From: an uncultured Phycisphaeraceae bacterium
Lineage (GTDB): Bacteria > Planctomycetota > Phycisphaerae > UBA1845
Reading direction: 5' to 3'
NCBI GenBank assembly: GCA_964569425.1
Contig: CAZMVD010000001.1
Location: 325-64,324 of the forward strand
Length of the DNA: 64,000 bases
This document shows positions 17,683 to 28,934 of this stretch, piece after piece. The notes beneath the pieces are model-generated. The model was not told the DNA's origin. It made no database searches and was given only the letters and a program-made list of their open reading frames with translations. Position numbers and translations under genes: made by a program. Numbering within the stretch: position 1 is the stretch's first letter; every line of letters starts with the position of its first letter.

Positions 17683-19911
17683 GTGCCCGCCGCATGGACA
17701 TCCATCCTGATCGCGACCATGGCGTTCTGTTGTGGGCCGGCCCGAACCTCGGGCTTCCAGCAGAATCACAATTCGCCGGAATCCAAGGCCGTCGAACCCA
17801 CGCCGACCGAACAGTTGCAACTCGAAAACTGCCGGGCCGGCCTGATTGATCCGCAGGCGCGTCCCGCGGAACGGCAGCGCTGGGCAGAACTGCTCTTCAC
17901 GTTCAATTCCCCTTCCGCCAAGTCGCTGATCATCGAAATGCTCGAACGAAGTGAGAGCCCGGCGGCCCAGCGTGCCATCGTCGAAGTGATCACCAACCGC
18001 TTGCGTCAGGCACCGGAGTCCGCCGATCCCGAGTATATTTCCCCTTTAATGAACCTGCTGGGGGTGAATACAGACGAGCTTCGCACAGCCGCGGCCCGCG
18101 CCTTGGCGGAATACGGCGGCACCGACGTACCGGCTCAACTGGGCGCCGTCGCGGCAGCCCCCGACGAACCGATGACCAAGCGCCTCGCCGCCATCGACGC
18201 ACTCGCTTCACAAGTGGACCGCCGCGAAGTCATCGCCGCGCTCATCCCACTCCTGGATAGTGGTCTACCGGAAGTTCGCAATCGCGTGATCACGGCGCTG
18301 GAACCCGCCTCGCGTCAGGCGGTGGGCGCAGATATTACCCGGTGGAAGCAATGGTGGACCGGCAAGTCTCGTATGACGCACGAACAGTGGCTTGCCGACC
18401 GTGTGGCCATGTACCGCGAACGCCTCCGCGATGCCCGCCACGAAGCAACCACATTGCGCGAGGAAACTCGGAAGAGAACCGAAACCCTCACCTCCCGGCT
18501 GGGAGAATTCCAGCGCGAAGTATTTCGCATGTTGACGGCCGATCAGCAGGAAGCACGGTTGGCCGCCTGGCTCGAAGATCCGCTCGCCGAAGTCAAGCTC
18601 GGCGCCTTGGCCGTCATTCAGGCGCGAATTGCCGACGAAGGTCGACGACCCAATCCGGACGTCCTGAGCGCCCTGCTCAAGCAGCTTCGCGATCCGTCTC
18701 CGTTGGTTCGGCGCCAGGTTCTGCTGATTGTTCAAACACTGAACGACCCTCTGGTGGTCAAGGCGGTACTTGCACAATTAGAGCACGAGAAAGACATGGC
18801 GGTTCGTCATGCCATATTCAAGGCGCTCGGGCGACTCAACAGCATGGACTCGGTTCCCGCTCTTGTGCAGGAGATCGCCGCCCCCGAGAGTGACCCCGCG
18901 TGCGTCGAAGAGGCGGCCAACGCGCTCGGACTGGTCGCCCCCAACCTTCAGGATTCTCAACTTCGCCAACAGGCCGTCGCCGCACTCCAGAATCGCTATC
19001 AGAACGTGGATCCCGCAGATCCTGAGCTTCGCGCCGCCATTCTGTCCGCTATGGCCGGAGTGGGCGATGCGTCCTTTGGTCCCGCCTTTCTGGACGCCGT
19101 CGATTCGACCCACTCCACGATCTTGCGCGCCGCGATTCGCGGGCTCCGGACCACCAACGACGGCTCCAAATTACCACGGATTCGTGCCTTGATGAGTGAT
19201 GCCGACCCGCTCGTCCGGCTCGCCGCGACCGACGCCGTGGCCATACTGGGCAGAGAAGTCGCCGACCTGGAAAGCCTGTTGGCCCGCCAGAACCCCGCGA
19301 TCGAGACCAATGAACTGGTGCGTGAAACCGCCTGGCGCGGCATCCGCGATTATCTCGCGCGCCGTCCCACCGCCGAGCGAGTCCAGATCGCGCAGCGGTT
19401 GCGTGATTTTCCGGATCTCGAAATACGCTATCTCGAAGAGCTGGCCTCCTCCCTGGCTGCCGCCAACGGAGAGGTCGAGGCGCTCGCGAATGTCTATGAC
19501 CGTCTCGCCACCGTCATGATCATCCAGAACCGATTCGTGGAGGCCGCCGGCTATTTGAGGCGATGGTACGAGTTGCGGGTCAAGCAGGACCCGGTCGGTG
19601 CGCAAGAGATCGGGTTGCGCTGGCTGGAGGCGGCATTGCTCGCCAATCACGAGCCCGACATCATCGCCACCCTCAACCATCTCCTTCAGACCGGTGGTGC
19701 GCAGAAATATTGGATCATCGACGTCATCTACCAGTGGTTCGAAACCCCGGACATGCTGAACAACGCCGAACGTTCGCGCTCACTGCTTGCGGCGTTGAGG
19801 GAAATGCCCGCCGAAGCACTTGGCGATTCCTGGACGGACCTGCTCAACCGCGTGGAAACCCGCAGCGCCGAAGCCAACAAACCGCCCGCCGATAAACCCT
19901 CTACTCCCTAG
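17683..19911 (+). CDS. secreted HEAT/PBS-lyase-like repeat protein
   Basis: 742 aa. N-terminal signal-like [18 protein letters not shown]. Repeated D-P-x-x-x-V-R-x-x-A-x-x-A-L units ([42 protein letters not shown]). Central coiled-coil-like stretch. Confidence 0.7.
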   Translation: MPAAWTSILIATMAFCCGPARTSGFQQNHNSPESKAVEPTPTEQLQLENCRAGLIDPQARPAERQRWAELLFTFNSPSAKSLIIEMLERSESPAAQRAIVEVITNRLRQAPESADPEYISPLMNLLGVNTDELRTAAARALAEYGGTDVPAQLGAVAAAPDEPMTKRLAAIDALASQVDRREVIAALIPLLDSGLPEVRNRVITALEPASRQAVGADITRWKQWWTGKSRMTHEQWLADRVAMYRERLRDARHEATTLREETRKRTETLTSRLGEFQREVFRMLTADQQEARLAAWLEDPLAEVKLGALAVIQARIADEGRRPNPDVLSALLKQLRDPSPLVRRQVLLIVQTLNDPLVVKAVLAQLEHEKDMAVRHAIFKALGRLNSMDSVPALVQEIAAPESDPACVEEAANALGLVAPNLQDSQLRQQAVAALQNRYQNVDPADPELRAAILSAMAGVGDASFGPAFLDAVDSTHSTILRAAIRGLRTTNDGSKLPRIRALMSDADPLVRLAATDAVAILGREVADLESLLARQNPAIETNELVRETAWRGIRDYLARRPTAERVQIAQRLRDFPDLEIRYLEELASSLAAANGEVEALANVYDRLATVMIIQNRFVEAAGYLRRWYELRVKQDPVGAQEIGLRWLEAALLANHEPDIIATLNHLLQTGGAQKYWIIDVIYQWFETPDMLNNAERSRSLLAALREMPAEALGDSWTDLLNRVETRSAEANKPPADKPSTP

Positions 19912-21001
19912 CGCCCACCGCTTCCCATTCCGCGGCGCCGGTCTCCTGCACCAACCCGCATCTGGCGATGGGCACGTCCAGTTGCCCGGCATCGCGCAGC
20001 GTTCGTTCGCGCTGAGCCAGCCGCAGATCCGCGTCGATCATCATCCGACACAGCGCCTTCATCGTAACGCGCGGCGCCCACCGAAGTCGCACCCGCGCTT
20101 TCGAGCTGTCGCCTTGCAGCAGGTCCACCTCCGTGGGCCGCAGATACCGGGCGTCGAAACGCACGAACGCGCGCCAATCAAGTCCAAGGTAACCGAAGGC
20201 CTCTTCGAGAAACTGTCGCACGCTGTGGCTCTCTCCGGTGGCGATCACAAAATCATCCGGACGATCCTGCTGTAACATGAGCCACATCGCTTCCACGTAG
20301 TCGCCCGCGAATCCCCAGTCGCGCCGCGCGTCGAGGTTGCCCAGGTAAAGGGACTCCTGCAGCCCCAGTTTGATGCGTGTGGCGGCGCGCGTAATCTTGC
20401 GGGTCACAAACGTCTCGCCGCGCCGCGGCGACTCGTGGTTGAACAGGATGCCGTTGCAGGCAAACAGCCCATGCGCCTCGCGGTAGTTCACCGTTTGCCA
20501 GAATGCATGGACTTTGGCACACGCATACGGACTGCGCGGGTAGAAGGGCGTGTCCTCGTTCTGGGGCGATTCCCGCACCTTGCCGTACATTTCACTGCTC
20601 GACGCCTGGTACAATCGAATATCGCGGCCCGTGGAATCACGGTAGTCGCGCACCGCCTCCAGCAGATTCAGCGTGCCGATCGCCACCACCTCGGCGGTAT
20701 AGATCGGCTGGTCGAAGCTGGTCCGAACGTGCGACTGCGCCCCCAGATTGTACACCTCATCAGGCGAAACCTCGCTCAGCACCCGGCGGAGCCCCATCGC
20801 GTCAAGCAGGTCGCCATAGTGCAGCCGGAATCGAACCTGCGAATCGTGCCGATCCTGGTAGAGATGCTCCACTCGCTCCGTGGTAAACACGCTCGACCGG
20901 CGCATCAGTCCATGAACTTCGTACCCCTTGCCCAGCAGCAGCTCGGCCAGATACGAACCGTCCTGACCCGTAATTCCGGTGATCAAAGCTACTTTGCGCA
21001 T
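19901..21001 (-). CDS. gmd: GDP-mannose 4,6-dehydratase
   Basis: [23 protein letters not shown]...NLGAQSHV...SSSEMYG...SPYACAKV. Start at ATG 21001, preceded by GGAGG. The ORF-track start is 20 codons upstream. Confidence 0.9.
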   Translation of the reverse strand: MRKVALITGITGQDGSYLAELLLGKGYEVHGLMRRSSVFTTERVEHLYQDRHDSQVRFRLHYGDLLDAMGLRRVLSEVSPDEVYNLGAQSHVRTSFDQPIYTAEVVAIGTLNLLEAVRDYRDSTGRDIRLYQASSSEMYGKVRESPQNEDTPFYPRSPYACAKVHAFWQTVNYREAHGLFACNGILFNHESPRRGETFVTRKITRAATRIKLGLQESLYLGNLDARRDWGFAGDYVEAMWLMLQQDRPDDFVIATGESHSVRQFLEEAFGYLGLDWRAFVRFDARYLRPTEVDLLQGDSSKARVRLRWAPRVTMKALCRMMIDADLRLAQRERTLRDAGQLDVPIARCGLVQETGAAEWEAVGARE

Positions 21002-21015
21002 GGTTAAACCTCCGA

Positions 21016-22272
21016 TCAGGTAGCGCCGACCACCACCTGATCGGCCGGGCCGCCCCCCCATCGTTCATCGGCAGAATCGACTGGCGTATATGACTCTGCC
21101 GCCGCCGGCGCGCGGTGCCCTCCGTACCAACAGAAGACCGGCCGCGGCGTGGCATGACGCGCCGTGGCAGCCGTCGCCTCAGCATGGGCCCAGGCGGTGT
21201 TCGCCACCACAAAGGCATCAACCGGCAGCGATACCGCCTGCGCTTGCGGTACAATCGGAACGCCCCGATAGTCACGCCCCGGCGCGGCAAAGCGATTGTC
21301 GCCGATCGCCGTCACCTCCAGACCCGCCAGCCGCGCGCCCCGAACAAAGGGATAGACGTTCTTGCCGAAATCGAGCAGGGCAATGCGCTGCATGCCCTCC
21401 GACTTCAACGCCCTCATTCGATTCGCAATCTCGTCCCAACGAAAAAAATACGCCAACGTAGATGGGCTCAGTCGCCAGCGGCGAAACGACCATCGCTCCA
21501 CCATTCCCATAACGCGACCGGCGGCGCATCCCGCCCGAAAGGCACGACGATGACCTTCGCGCTGCGCCAGCCAGGCATATCGCGCGCGCCAGTCGCGGCG
21601 ATAGACCTCTCGGTAGGCCGCAGGCAGGTAGCGGTCGATCACCCGCAGGTTATTGCGAACGTCCAGAAAGCTGGTGCGGTCGCTGCGCCGTGCCTGCGGC
21701 GTCTTGAGGTGATCCACCTGCAAATCTTCAAACACGTCGACGTCCCAACCCGCCATGTGCAGGCGAAAGCAAACGTCGAACTCTTCCGCTTGCATGAAAA
21801 AAGTACGATCCAGGCCCCCCACCTGGCGCAGCGCCGCCGTGCGGAATCCCACCCCCGCGCCCACAAAAACGCCCGGTAGGGCGCTCGCCTCCTGCCTGCC
21901 GTCGGGCAGGTATACCGCAAAGCCCGCCGCGCCCAGGCGCGGATGGGACCTGAACCGTTCGATCATCCTCGACAAACTACCCGGCCGCGGAAACGAATCG
22001 TCGTCCAGAAAAACCACGTACTCGCCCGTCGCATAAACCAGACCGTAAGCCTTGGCACAGCTTCCCCGGTTGCGCCGCAGCCCCACCACCACATCCGCCT
22101 CCCGACGCACCAACTCCAATGTCCCGTCCCGCGAAGCATTGTCGACCACAATGACCTGGTAATCCCCCCGACTGAATCCGCAGCGCCCCAATTGACTCAA
22201 CGTGTGCGCGACCACCTCGCGCCGTTGGTGCGTCGCAATCAGAATGCTGATCATCGGGCGATGGGTAGCCAA
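21016..22272 (-). CDS. glycosyltransferase family 2 with a C-terminal domain of about 170 aa and unknown function
   Basis: [14 protein letters not shown]...[12 protein letters not shown]...FLDDDSFP (GT-A DxD). Confidence 0.85.
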   Translation of the reverse strand: MATHRPMISILIATHQRREVVAHTLSQLGRCGFSRGDYQVIVVDNASRDGTLELVRREADVVVGLRRNRGSCAKAYGLVYATGEYVVFLDDDSFPRPGSLSRMIERFRSHPRLGAAGFAVYLPDGRQEASALPGVFVGAGVGFRTAALRQVGGLDRTFFMQAEEFDVCFRLHMAGWDVDVFEDLQVDHLKTPQARRSDRTSFLDVRNNLRVIDRYLPAAYREVYRRDWRARYAWLAQREGHRRAFRAGCAAGRVMGMVERWSFRRWRLSPSTLAYFFRWDEIANRMRALKSEGMQRIALLDFGKNVYPFVRGARLAGLEVTAIGDNRFAAPGRDYRGVPIVPQAQAVSLPVDAFVVANTAWAHAEATAATARHATPRPVFCWYGGHRAPAAAESYTPVDSADERWGGGPADQVVVGAT

Positions 22273-22449
22273 GTCCCTGGTTCCTCAGGTATGGGCTCGA
22301 CGCGGTCTGCCGCGGACCGCGCCCGTCGGCCTGGTTAGATATCGGCCCTCCGCTCGCCCACCTGCACGGAATATGAGAACCGGCGAACCCCACCGCCCCC
22401 CCGGAACCGTTGAGGGCACAGCCCGCCGCCCGGAACTCAACAACAGCCG

Positions 22450-23922
<1,473 letters not shown>

Positions 23923-24108
23923 ATCGCAGTCCGCTCCCGATGACCGCCCGTCAGTAACACCCGGTTTGCCGCGTCCGTCTTGTCGCACTGCCGTCCCCGC
24001 GGTACATTGTCGGCCTGGGCCGGCGCACGACAATGCCGGTCGGCGGGTGCCGCACCATGTGTCATGGTATTGGCACCCTCGGCGTCGGAATTCGGGGTGA
24101 CCAGCGCT

Positions 24109-24570
24109 ATGCTTCCCAAATCCAGTCGGCGGATCGCTGAGGTGATCAAGCTGGCCAATGTCATCGCCCGCGAATATGAACAGGAGTACGTCGGCACCGA
24201 ACACGTGCTTCTCGCCATCCAGCGCGAAGGCCGCGGCATCGGCGCCGCGATCCTCGCCAAACGCGGCATCACCGCCGACGCGTTGCGCAATCAGGTCGAC
24301 CAGTTGGTCAAAAAGCAATTGGAAGAAACCTGGGTCTTCGGCCGGCTGCCCGGCACCCCCCATTTCAAGAACGTCATTGCCACCGCCATCGGGCAATGCC
24401 AGGAACTCAACGCCCGCGAGGTGTGCACCGAGCACATCCTCCTGGCCCTCTCCCGCGAGAAGGGCTCCGTGGCCTACAAGGCCCTCCAGGCGCTCGGCCT
24501 CAAGTACGATGATCTCCGCAAGGACGTGCTCGAACTGACACGCAAGCAGCAGGACGGCGTCGCCTCCTGA
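24109..24570 (+). CDS. stand-alone Clp N-terminal (Clp R) double-repeat domain protein
   Basis: Two Clp_N repeats: YVGTEHVLLAIQREGRGIGAAILAKRGI and EVCTEHILLALSREKGSVAYKALQALGL. No AAA+ module follows. Start placed at ATG 24109. Confidence 0.7.
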   Translation: MLPKSSRRIAEVIKLANVIAREYEQEYVGTEHVLLAIQREGRGIGAAILAKRGITADALRNQVDQLVKKQLEETWVFGRLPGTPHFKNVIATAIGQCQELNAREVCTEHILLALSREKGSVAYKALQALGLKYDDLRKDVLELTRKQQDGVAS

Positions 24571-24602
24571 CCGCCCGCGCTCCCATGCTCGAATCCCCCA
24601 AC

Positions 24603-24656
24603 GTCAGTGGGGCAGGCGTCCCTGCCTGCGTCGGTGGGGCGGGCGTCCCTGCCTGC
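24603..24656. repeat. tandem 27-bp direct repeat (2 copies), each containing a GGCAGG-CGTC-CCTGCC hairpin (REP-like)
   Basis: GTCAGTGGGGCAGGCGTCCCTGCCTGC / GTCGGTGGGGCGGGCGTCCCTGCCTGC, with 2 mismatches. Lies 33 nt after the Clp-N stop. Confidence 0.8.
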
Positions 24657-24679
24657 CATGCACGGCCCACCCGGTGTGG

Positions 24680-24699
24680 GACCGGTTTTCCAACCGGTC
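24680..24699 (+). terminator. hairpin GACCGGTT-TTCC-AACCGGTC (weak terminator candidate)
   Basis: 8-bp perfect stem downstream of the Clp-N gene and the REP-like repeats. The T-tail is poor (ATTCTCC). Confidence 0.3.
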
Positions 24700-24832
24700 A
24701 TTCTCCGCAATGCGTGTCACGCAAGACTTCTTACAATACCCACCGCGGGCTCTGGCCACTCTCGCGCTGCATAAACGGCCAGCCCGTGCGAAACGGCAGA
24801 CAACCAACACGCAACGGCCAGAGGCACACGAT

Positions 24833-25345
24833 ATGAAGTCCACCCTCAACGTCACCCCCGACCAGCCCCTCGACGCAGGCAAATCCGCGCCGCCCGCGCC
24901 CCGAGTCTTTTCCCTCCTCGCCCTCGTCTTGTTGATGCTCCCCTTCCTGATTGTCCTCGGCGTCCCCCTATCCTCCTGGCTGGGCGAACGCCGCACACGC
25001 ATGATCTGCCAGAACCGCATGAAAGCGATCGCCACCGCGATCAAGCTCAATGCCACCCCCGGTCGCTCCACCGAAGAGGTGATTCCCGACCTCCTCCTGT
25101 CCGGCACGCTGACCCCCCAGGACTTCACCTGTCCCCACGCCGACGCCCCCAATTACATCTTCGCAAACTCCATCGCGTCCCCCCCGCCGCCTGGCAACGT
25201 GCCCCTCATCACCGAGCCCCTTTCCAACCACCGCGACGGCGGCAACGTCCTCTGGTCCGACGGCCACGTCGAATTCCTACGGGGCAGCGCGCACGAAGCA
25301 GCCCGCCATCGAATCATGGGTCTTCAGGAAAAACCGCCCCCGTGA
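24833..25345 (+). CDS. H-X9-DG / DUF1559-like protein lacking a prepilin-type leader
   Basis: C-terminal NHRDGGNVLWSDGHVEF fits H-x9-DG exactly. CQNRMKAIATAIKL resembles the DUF1559 'C-x-N-N-L-K-Q-I' helix. There is an N-terminal TM but no G/FTLIE cleavage motif. Start at ATG 24833. Confidence 0.65.
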   Translation: MKSTLNVTPDQPLDAGKSAPPAPRVFSLLALVLLMLPFLIVLGVPLSSWLGERRTRMICQNRMKAIATAIKLNATPGRSTEEVIPDLLLSGTLTPQDFTCPHADAPNYIFANSIASPPPPGNVPLITEPLSNHRDGGNVLWSDGHVEFLRGSAHEAARHRIMGLQEKPPP

Positions 25346-25557
25346 TTCCAACCCTTCCCTTTGCCGCCCCAGCCTCGATCAGGAAAGGCAACTTTGCTAC
25401 ACCTCAACCACCGAGTCGCTCGACGATCTCCGCCGCCTTGTTCGCGCCCGCCTCGCTGGCGAAGGTAAGTTCCGAGTCGGTCAGCGCCTTTACCTGTTCT
25501 GCACGCGGCACGCCGAACTTCCCCGCTCACGGCGTCAAATGGCGTCGCTCCGTCTGT

Positions 25558-27216
25558 TCACGGCGCGGGCGGAATACTCATCGCCCGCGCGTAGGCCGCA
25601 AAGTCCTTCAGGTCCACGACCCAGTTGCCGTCCACGTCGACCGCACGACACGTTTCGCTCGCCGGTCCGATGCCTGGACCTGACCAGCATTCGCTAAACG
25701 CCATGAAATCGCCCAACGTTACTGCTGAATCGCAGTCGTGGTTTCCGGGAAGCAGTTGGCGGAACACCTGCGCACGACCGGCGTGAGAAGCACTGCCGTT
25801 CGCCCACGTTGGCGCTCCGACGACAATGTCCATCAGACCATCCCCGTCCACGTCCCCCGCCCCGGCCACGCTGGTGCCGAACGAACCGGGACTCGCGTTC
25901 CCGGTCCGCGCGAACAGTACTTCTCCCGTGGCGCCCGAAAACACGTACGCCTTGCCCGACATGTATCCGGGATAGCCGGAATAGGCATAACCGCCGACGA
26001 GCACGTCCGGCACGCCGTCCCCGTTCACGTCCCCCGGCCCCGCCACCGAATATCCGAAAAAGCTCCGTTCGGCTTCCAAGGTGTAAAGGCGAGTGGCGTC
26101 GGGCCCGCGGAACACATACGCCTGGCCATATCCGTTTCCGGGGTACTCCCCCCCGGCCTCATGAGCGCCCACCACCATGTCGTCGTACCCGTCGCCGTTG
26201 ATGTCACCCAAGCCCGCCACCGAGCGCCCAAAAACGTCAATGACCCATAGCGCCTCGGAATCTACGTGCGTCAGCAGTTCGCCGGTCACTCCCGACAACA
26301 CCTTCACGTACGCGCGCCAGTCCAGTCCGTTCGGCGCCCCGGCCACCACGTCGAGGATGCCATCGCCGTTGAAATCGCCCGCACCGGACACCGAAACGCC
26401 AAACCGGTCGTTCACGTAGTCGCCCACGTGGGTCCACAGCAGTTCCCCCGTCCGCCCCGAGAAGGCGTGGACTTGTCCCGGCACCGTCTGCAGGTGCGAG
26501 TTGAGTCCCGGCTCGCCCACCAGCAGATCGGGGACTCCGTCGCCGTCCAGGTCGCCCGGCCCCGCCACGCTCTCGCCGAACCTCCCGTTGCGGTAACTCC
26601 CGTCCCACGTCCAGATCGTTTCGCCCGTGGCCCCGGAATAGACGTACACCCGACCGGACCGCGTCACGGGCCCCGAGTAGACGTCCGCGCCCACGATGAC
26701 GTCGGGCACGCCATCCCCGTCCACGTCCCCCGCCCCCGCCGCCGCGGAGGCGTACGCCCCGCCCTGCCCGAACCAGCAGCGGAGCGCTTCGCCGGTAGCG
26801 CCCGAGTGGACGCACAACCGACCACGGTGCTGCGTGTTCGGTACCACGTACCCGACCGTTCCAATGAACACATCGTCACAGCCGTCGCCGTTCAAGTCAC
26901 CGACGCCGCCAACCGAGATGCCGACATACTCATATCCCCCGCTTCCATCGAACGTGTACAGCAACGGGCAGGACGCCTGTAAGATTGCCGAAGTATCGTC
27001 CGCCACACCGGCCGGAATGTGCCCGAACCATCCAGGAAGCGCGTTGCCATCAAACGTGAATTCCGCCGGGGACCAGATCGCCCCTTCCGCACCCGCGCCT
27101 GCCAGACCAACAACAATGACGGCGCAAATGCCCCAACGAACTGTGTGCCACGGCATTTGCGCGCAGAGTTTCCCCGCCGACTGCCGCATGACCGTTGACT
27201 CCCCGCGGTCCCACAT
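25558..27216 (-). CDS. secreted FG-GAP (integrin-alpha-like) beta-propeller protein with a dockerin-like C-terminal module
   Basis: Seven Ca-loop motifs: GDLNGDGCDD, GDVDGDGVPD, GDLDGDGVPD, GDFNGDGILD, GDINGDGYDD, GDVNGDGVPD, GDVDGDGLMD, each preceded by FG.SV.G. Signal/TM near the N-terminus. Confidence 0.85.
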   Translation of the reverse strand: MWDRGESTVMRQSAGKLCAQMPWHTVRWGICAVIVVGLAGAGAEGAIWSPAEFTFDGNALPGWFGHIPAGVADDTSAILQASCPLLYTFDGSGGYEYVGISVGGVGDLNGDGCDDVFIGTVGYVVPNTQHRGRLCVHSGATGEALRCWFGQGGAYASAAAGAGDVDGDGVPDVIVGADVYSGPVTRSGRVYVYSGATGETIWTWDGSYRNGRFGESVAGPGDLDGDGVPDLLVGEPGLNSHLQTVPGQVHAFSGRTGELLWTHVGDYVNDRFGVSVSGAGDFNGDGILDVVAGAPNGLDWRAYVKVLSGVTGELLTHVDSEALWVIDVFGRSVAGLGDINGDGYDDMVVGAHEAGGEYPGNGYGQAYVFRGPDATRLYTLEAERSFFGYSVAGPGDVNGDGVPDVLVGGYAYSGYPGYMSGKAYVFSGATGEVLFARTGNASPGSFGTSVAGAGDVDGDGLMDIVVGAPTWANGSASHAGRAQVFRQLLPGNHDCDSAVTLGDFMAFSECWSGPGIGPASETCRAVDVDGNWVVDLKDFAAYARAMSIPPAP

Positions 27217-27448
27217 GCGCGACGCGGACGGCGCCCAACCGTCACCAGCCCACCGGCCCCGAAATGCACCGGCCGATGACCCACATACGTCGCTAAAGGA
27301 CCCGTTTATTATGGGTCACATTTCCGCCGAAATCAACAAGAATGCGCGGAAAATCGAAAAAAAACGGCTGCTGCTATCGCCGACACTTTGACGTCATTGG
27401 ACTTCGAGCGACCAAACCCATGACCCCCTTCCAGAAAACACCCTCCCT

Positions 27449-28558
27449 TTGCCGATGGAGAGTATCCCGCGGCACGGGTCTGTCCGTGATCCGCCATACA
27501 ACCTAAAACCCACGGAGACCGGACCGATGCCCGTGCTCGAAAGCGTTTGCCAACCAGGTGTCACCGCGGGCGAAGTCCTCATCCCCCTCTCCCTCGACGG
27601 TGTCACCGTTTCCCCGATCGGCCAGCCCGCCGCCTGGTTCACCATGCAGCACGACGCCGACGAGGTGCTCATTCGCCCCAACCGTCCGCTACCCCGCCGC
27701 TGCACCATCCGCCCCGCCGCCCTCTTTCACCAGCAGCGCGGCTTCCCCGAGGTCAACGCCGTCATGGGCCGGCTCACCTTCGCCAACGGCGCCACCGCCG
27801 CCCAGACCTACCGCCCCTTCACCCGCGACCCGCAGCGCAAACTCCGCGAGCTGTTCCTTCCCGTGGAAGCCGGACCAGACGACGACTGGCCCAACGCCGC
27901 CGCCCGCTGGTCCAACTTCCAGGCCGTCGCCCGCCGCCTGCTCGCCGCCGCCGATGTTCCCTGGGACGGCCTCTCCCGCCGCGACGTCGAAGAACTCGTC
28001 GAGTTCATCCACTGGGAAGAACCCTTCGAAGGCTGCATTCTCCACGCCCTCACTCAATGGACCCACGCCCGGGGTTCGTGCGTCATTGAAGTCGGCTCGC
28101 GCCGCGGCCGCTCGCTCTCCATGCTCGCCATGGCCCTCCGCGGCGTCCGCAGCGACGCGCCGCTCATCTCAGTGGACCCCCACCTCGACCGGCCGCACAA
28201 CAGCGAACACGTGCGCCTCGCCCTGCGCCACGTCGGCGAAGAGCGCCGCCTCGTCCAGTTCGTGTGCGGCTCCGACCACGCCGCCCGGCTCATCGGAAAG
28301 GAAGTCGCCTCGCTCATCTTCATCGACGGCGACCACTCCGCGCAGCAGGTGCGCGCCGATTACCGCAACTACCTGCCCCTGCTCGCCCCCGGCGGCTGCC
28401 TGTTGTTCCACGACTACGGCTTCGGCAACCACAACGGCCTGCCCGACGCCCATCCCGACGTGCGCAAAGTTCTCGACGCCGAGGTCATCGGCCAACCTGG
28501 CCTCACCCCCTTGCTCCTCAGCCACACCCTCTTCGCCTTCCTCAAGCCGGCTCCTTAG
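27449..28558 (+). CDS. class I SAM-dependent methyltransferase (Methyltransf_24 / CmcI-like) with an N-terminal domain of about 190 aa and unknown function
   Basis: VIEVGSRRGRSLSMLA...LIFIDGDHSAQQVRADYRNYLPLLAPGGCLLFHDY. Confidence 0.7.
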   Translation: MPMESIPRHGSVRDPPYNLKPTETGPMPVLESVCQPGVTAGEVLIPLSLDGVTVSPIGQPAAWFTMQHDADEVLIRPNRPLPRRCTIRPAALFHQQRGFPEVNAVMGRLTFANGATAAQTYRPFTRDPQRKLRELFLPVEAGPDDDWPNAAARWSNFQAVARRLLAAADVPWDGLSRRDVEELVEFIHWEEPFEGCILHALTQWTHARGSCVIEVGSRRGRSLSMLAMALRGVRSDAPLISVDPHLDRPHNSEHVRLALRHVGEERRLVQFVCGSDHAARLIGKEVASLIFIDGDHSAQQVRADYRNYLPLLAPGGCLLFHDYGFGNHNGLPDAHPDVRKVLDAEVIGQPGLTPLLLSHTLFAFLKPAP

Positions 28559-28915
28559 ACGGCTTGACGATCACGTGTAGCGTTCTTCCCCCCTTGCCAT
28601 GGGGGGATCGAGGGGGGTCGAAGCGATACACTTGGTCGTTAGATGCACTAGCTGCCCGGGAACCGCTGATCGCTTCACCATGCGCGCCAAGCGCGCGCCC
28701 CGGATGATCTCTTTTCAGATTCCCGGCGGGGGTAGCCTGCCGCCGCCGCCCCGCAATAGAGTGCCAAGTATATGGCACTACACGGAACCATGACAAAACG
28801 AACCCATCGTTGTGCAATCGCGAAACCGCGTCGGACCTGGAAATTATGCTGAATTCCGCGCTGACCGTGACCGTTCGCCGTTGGGTTCGTTTTCCAAAAT
28901 GGGCGTTTCAATCGC

Positions 28916-28934
28916 AAAAAAATGCCGCGGCGGC
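28916..28934 (-). terminator. weak terminator candidate after the di-heme gene
   Basis: Minus-strand reading TAA-GCCGCCGCGGC-A-TTTTTTT. Very short stem, but a run of 7 T residues directly after the stop. Confidence 0.3.

Noticed and set aside
17265-17720. N-terminal 152 aa of the 246-aa ORF containing the NifU-like domain
   Set aside because: No domain is recognisable, the composition is Arg/Gly/Pro-rich, and an internal ATG sits right before the Nfu domain. I treat it as 5' intergenic sequence shared with the divergent HEAT-repeat gene.
24603-24656. Possible CRISPR array
   Set aside because: Only two directly abutting repeat copies are present, with no spacers and no cas genes in the window.
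27558-28580. 340-aa plus-strand ORF in an alternative frame of the methyltransferase gene
   Set aside because: The translation is Pro/Ser/Ala/Thr low-complexity. The 27449 frame has the SAM-methyltransferase motifs.
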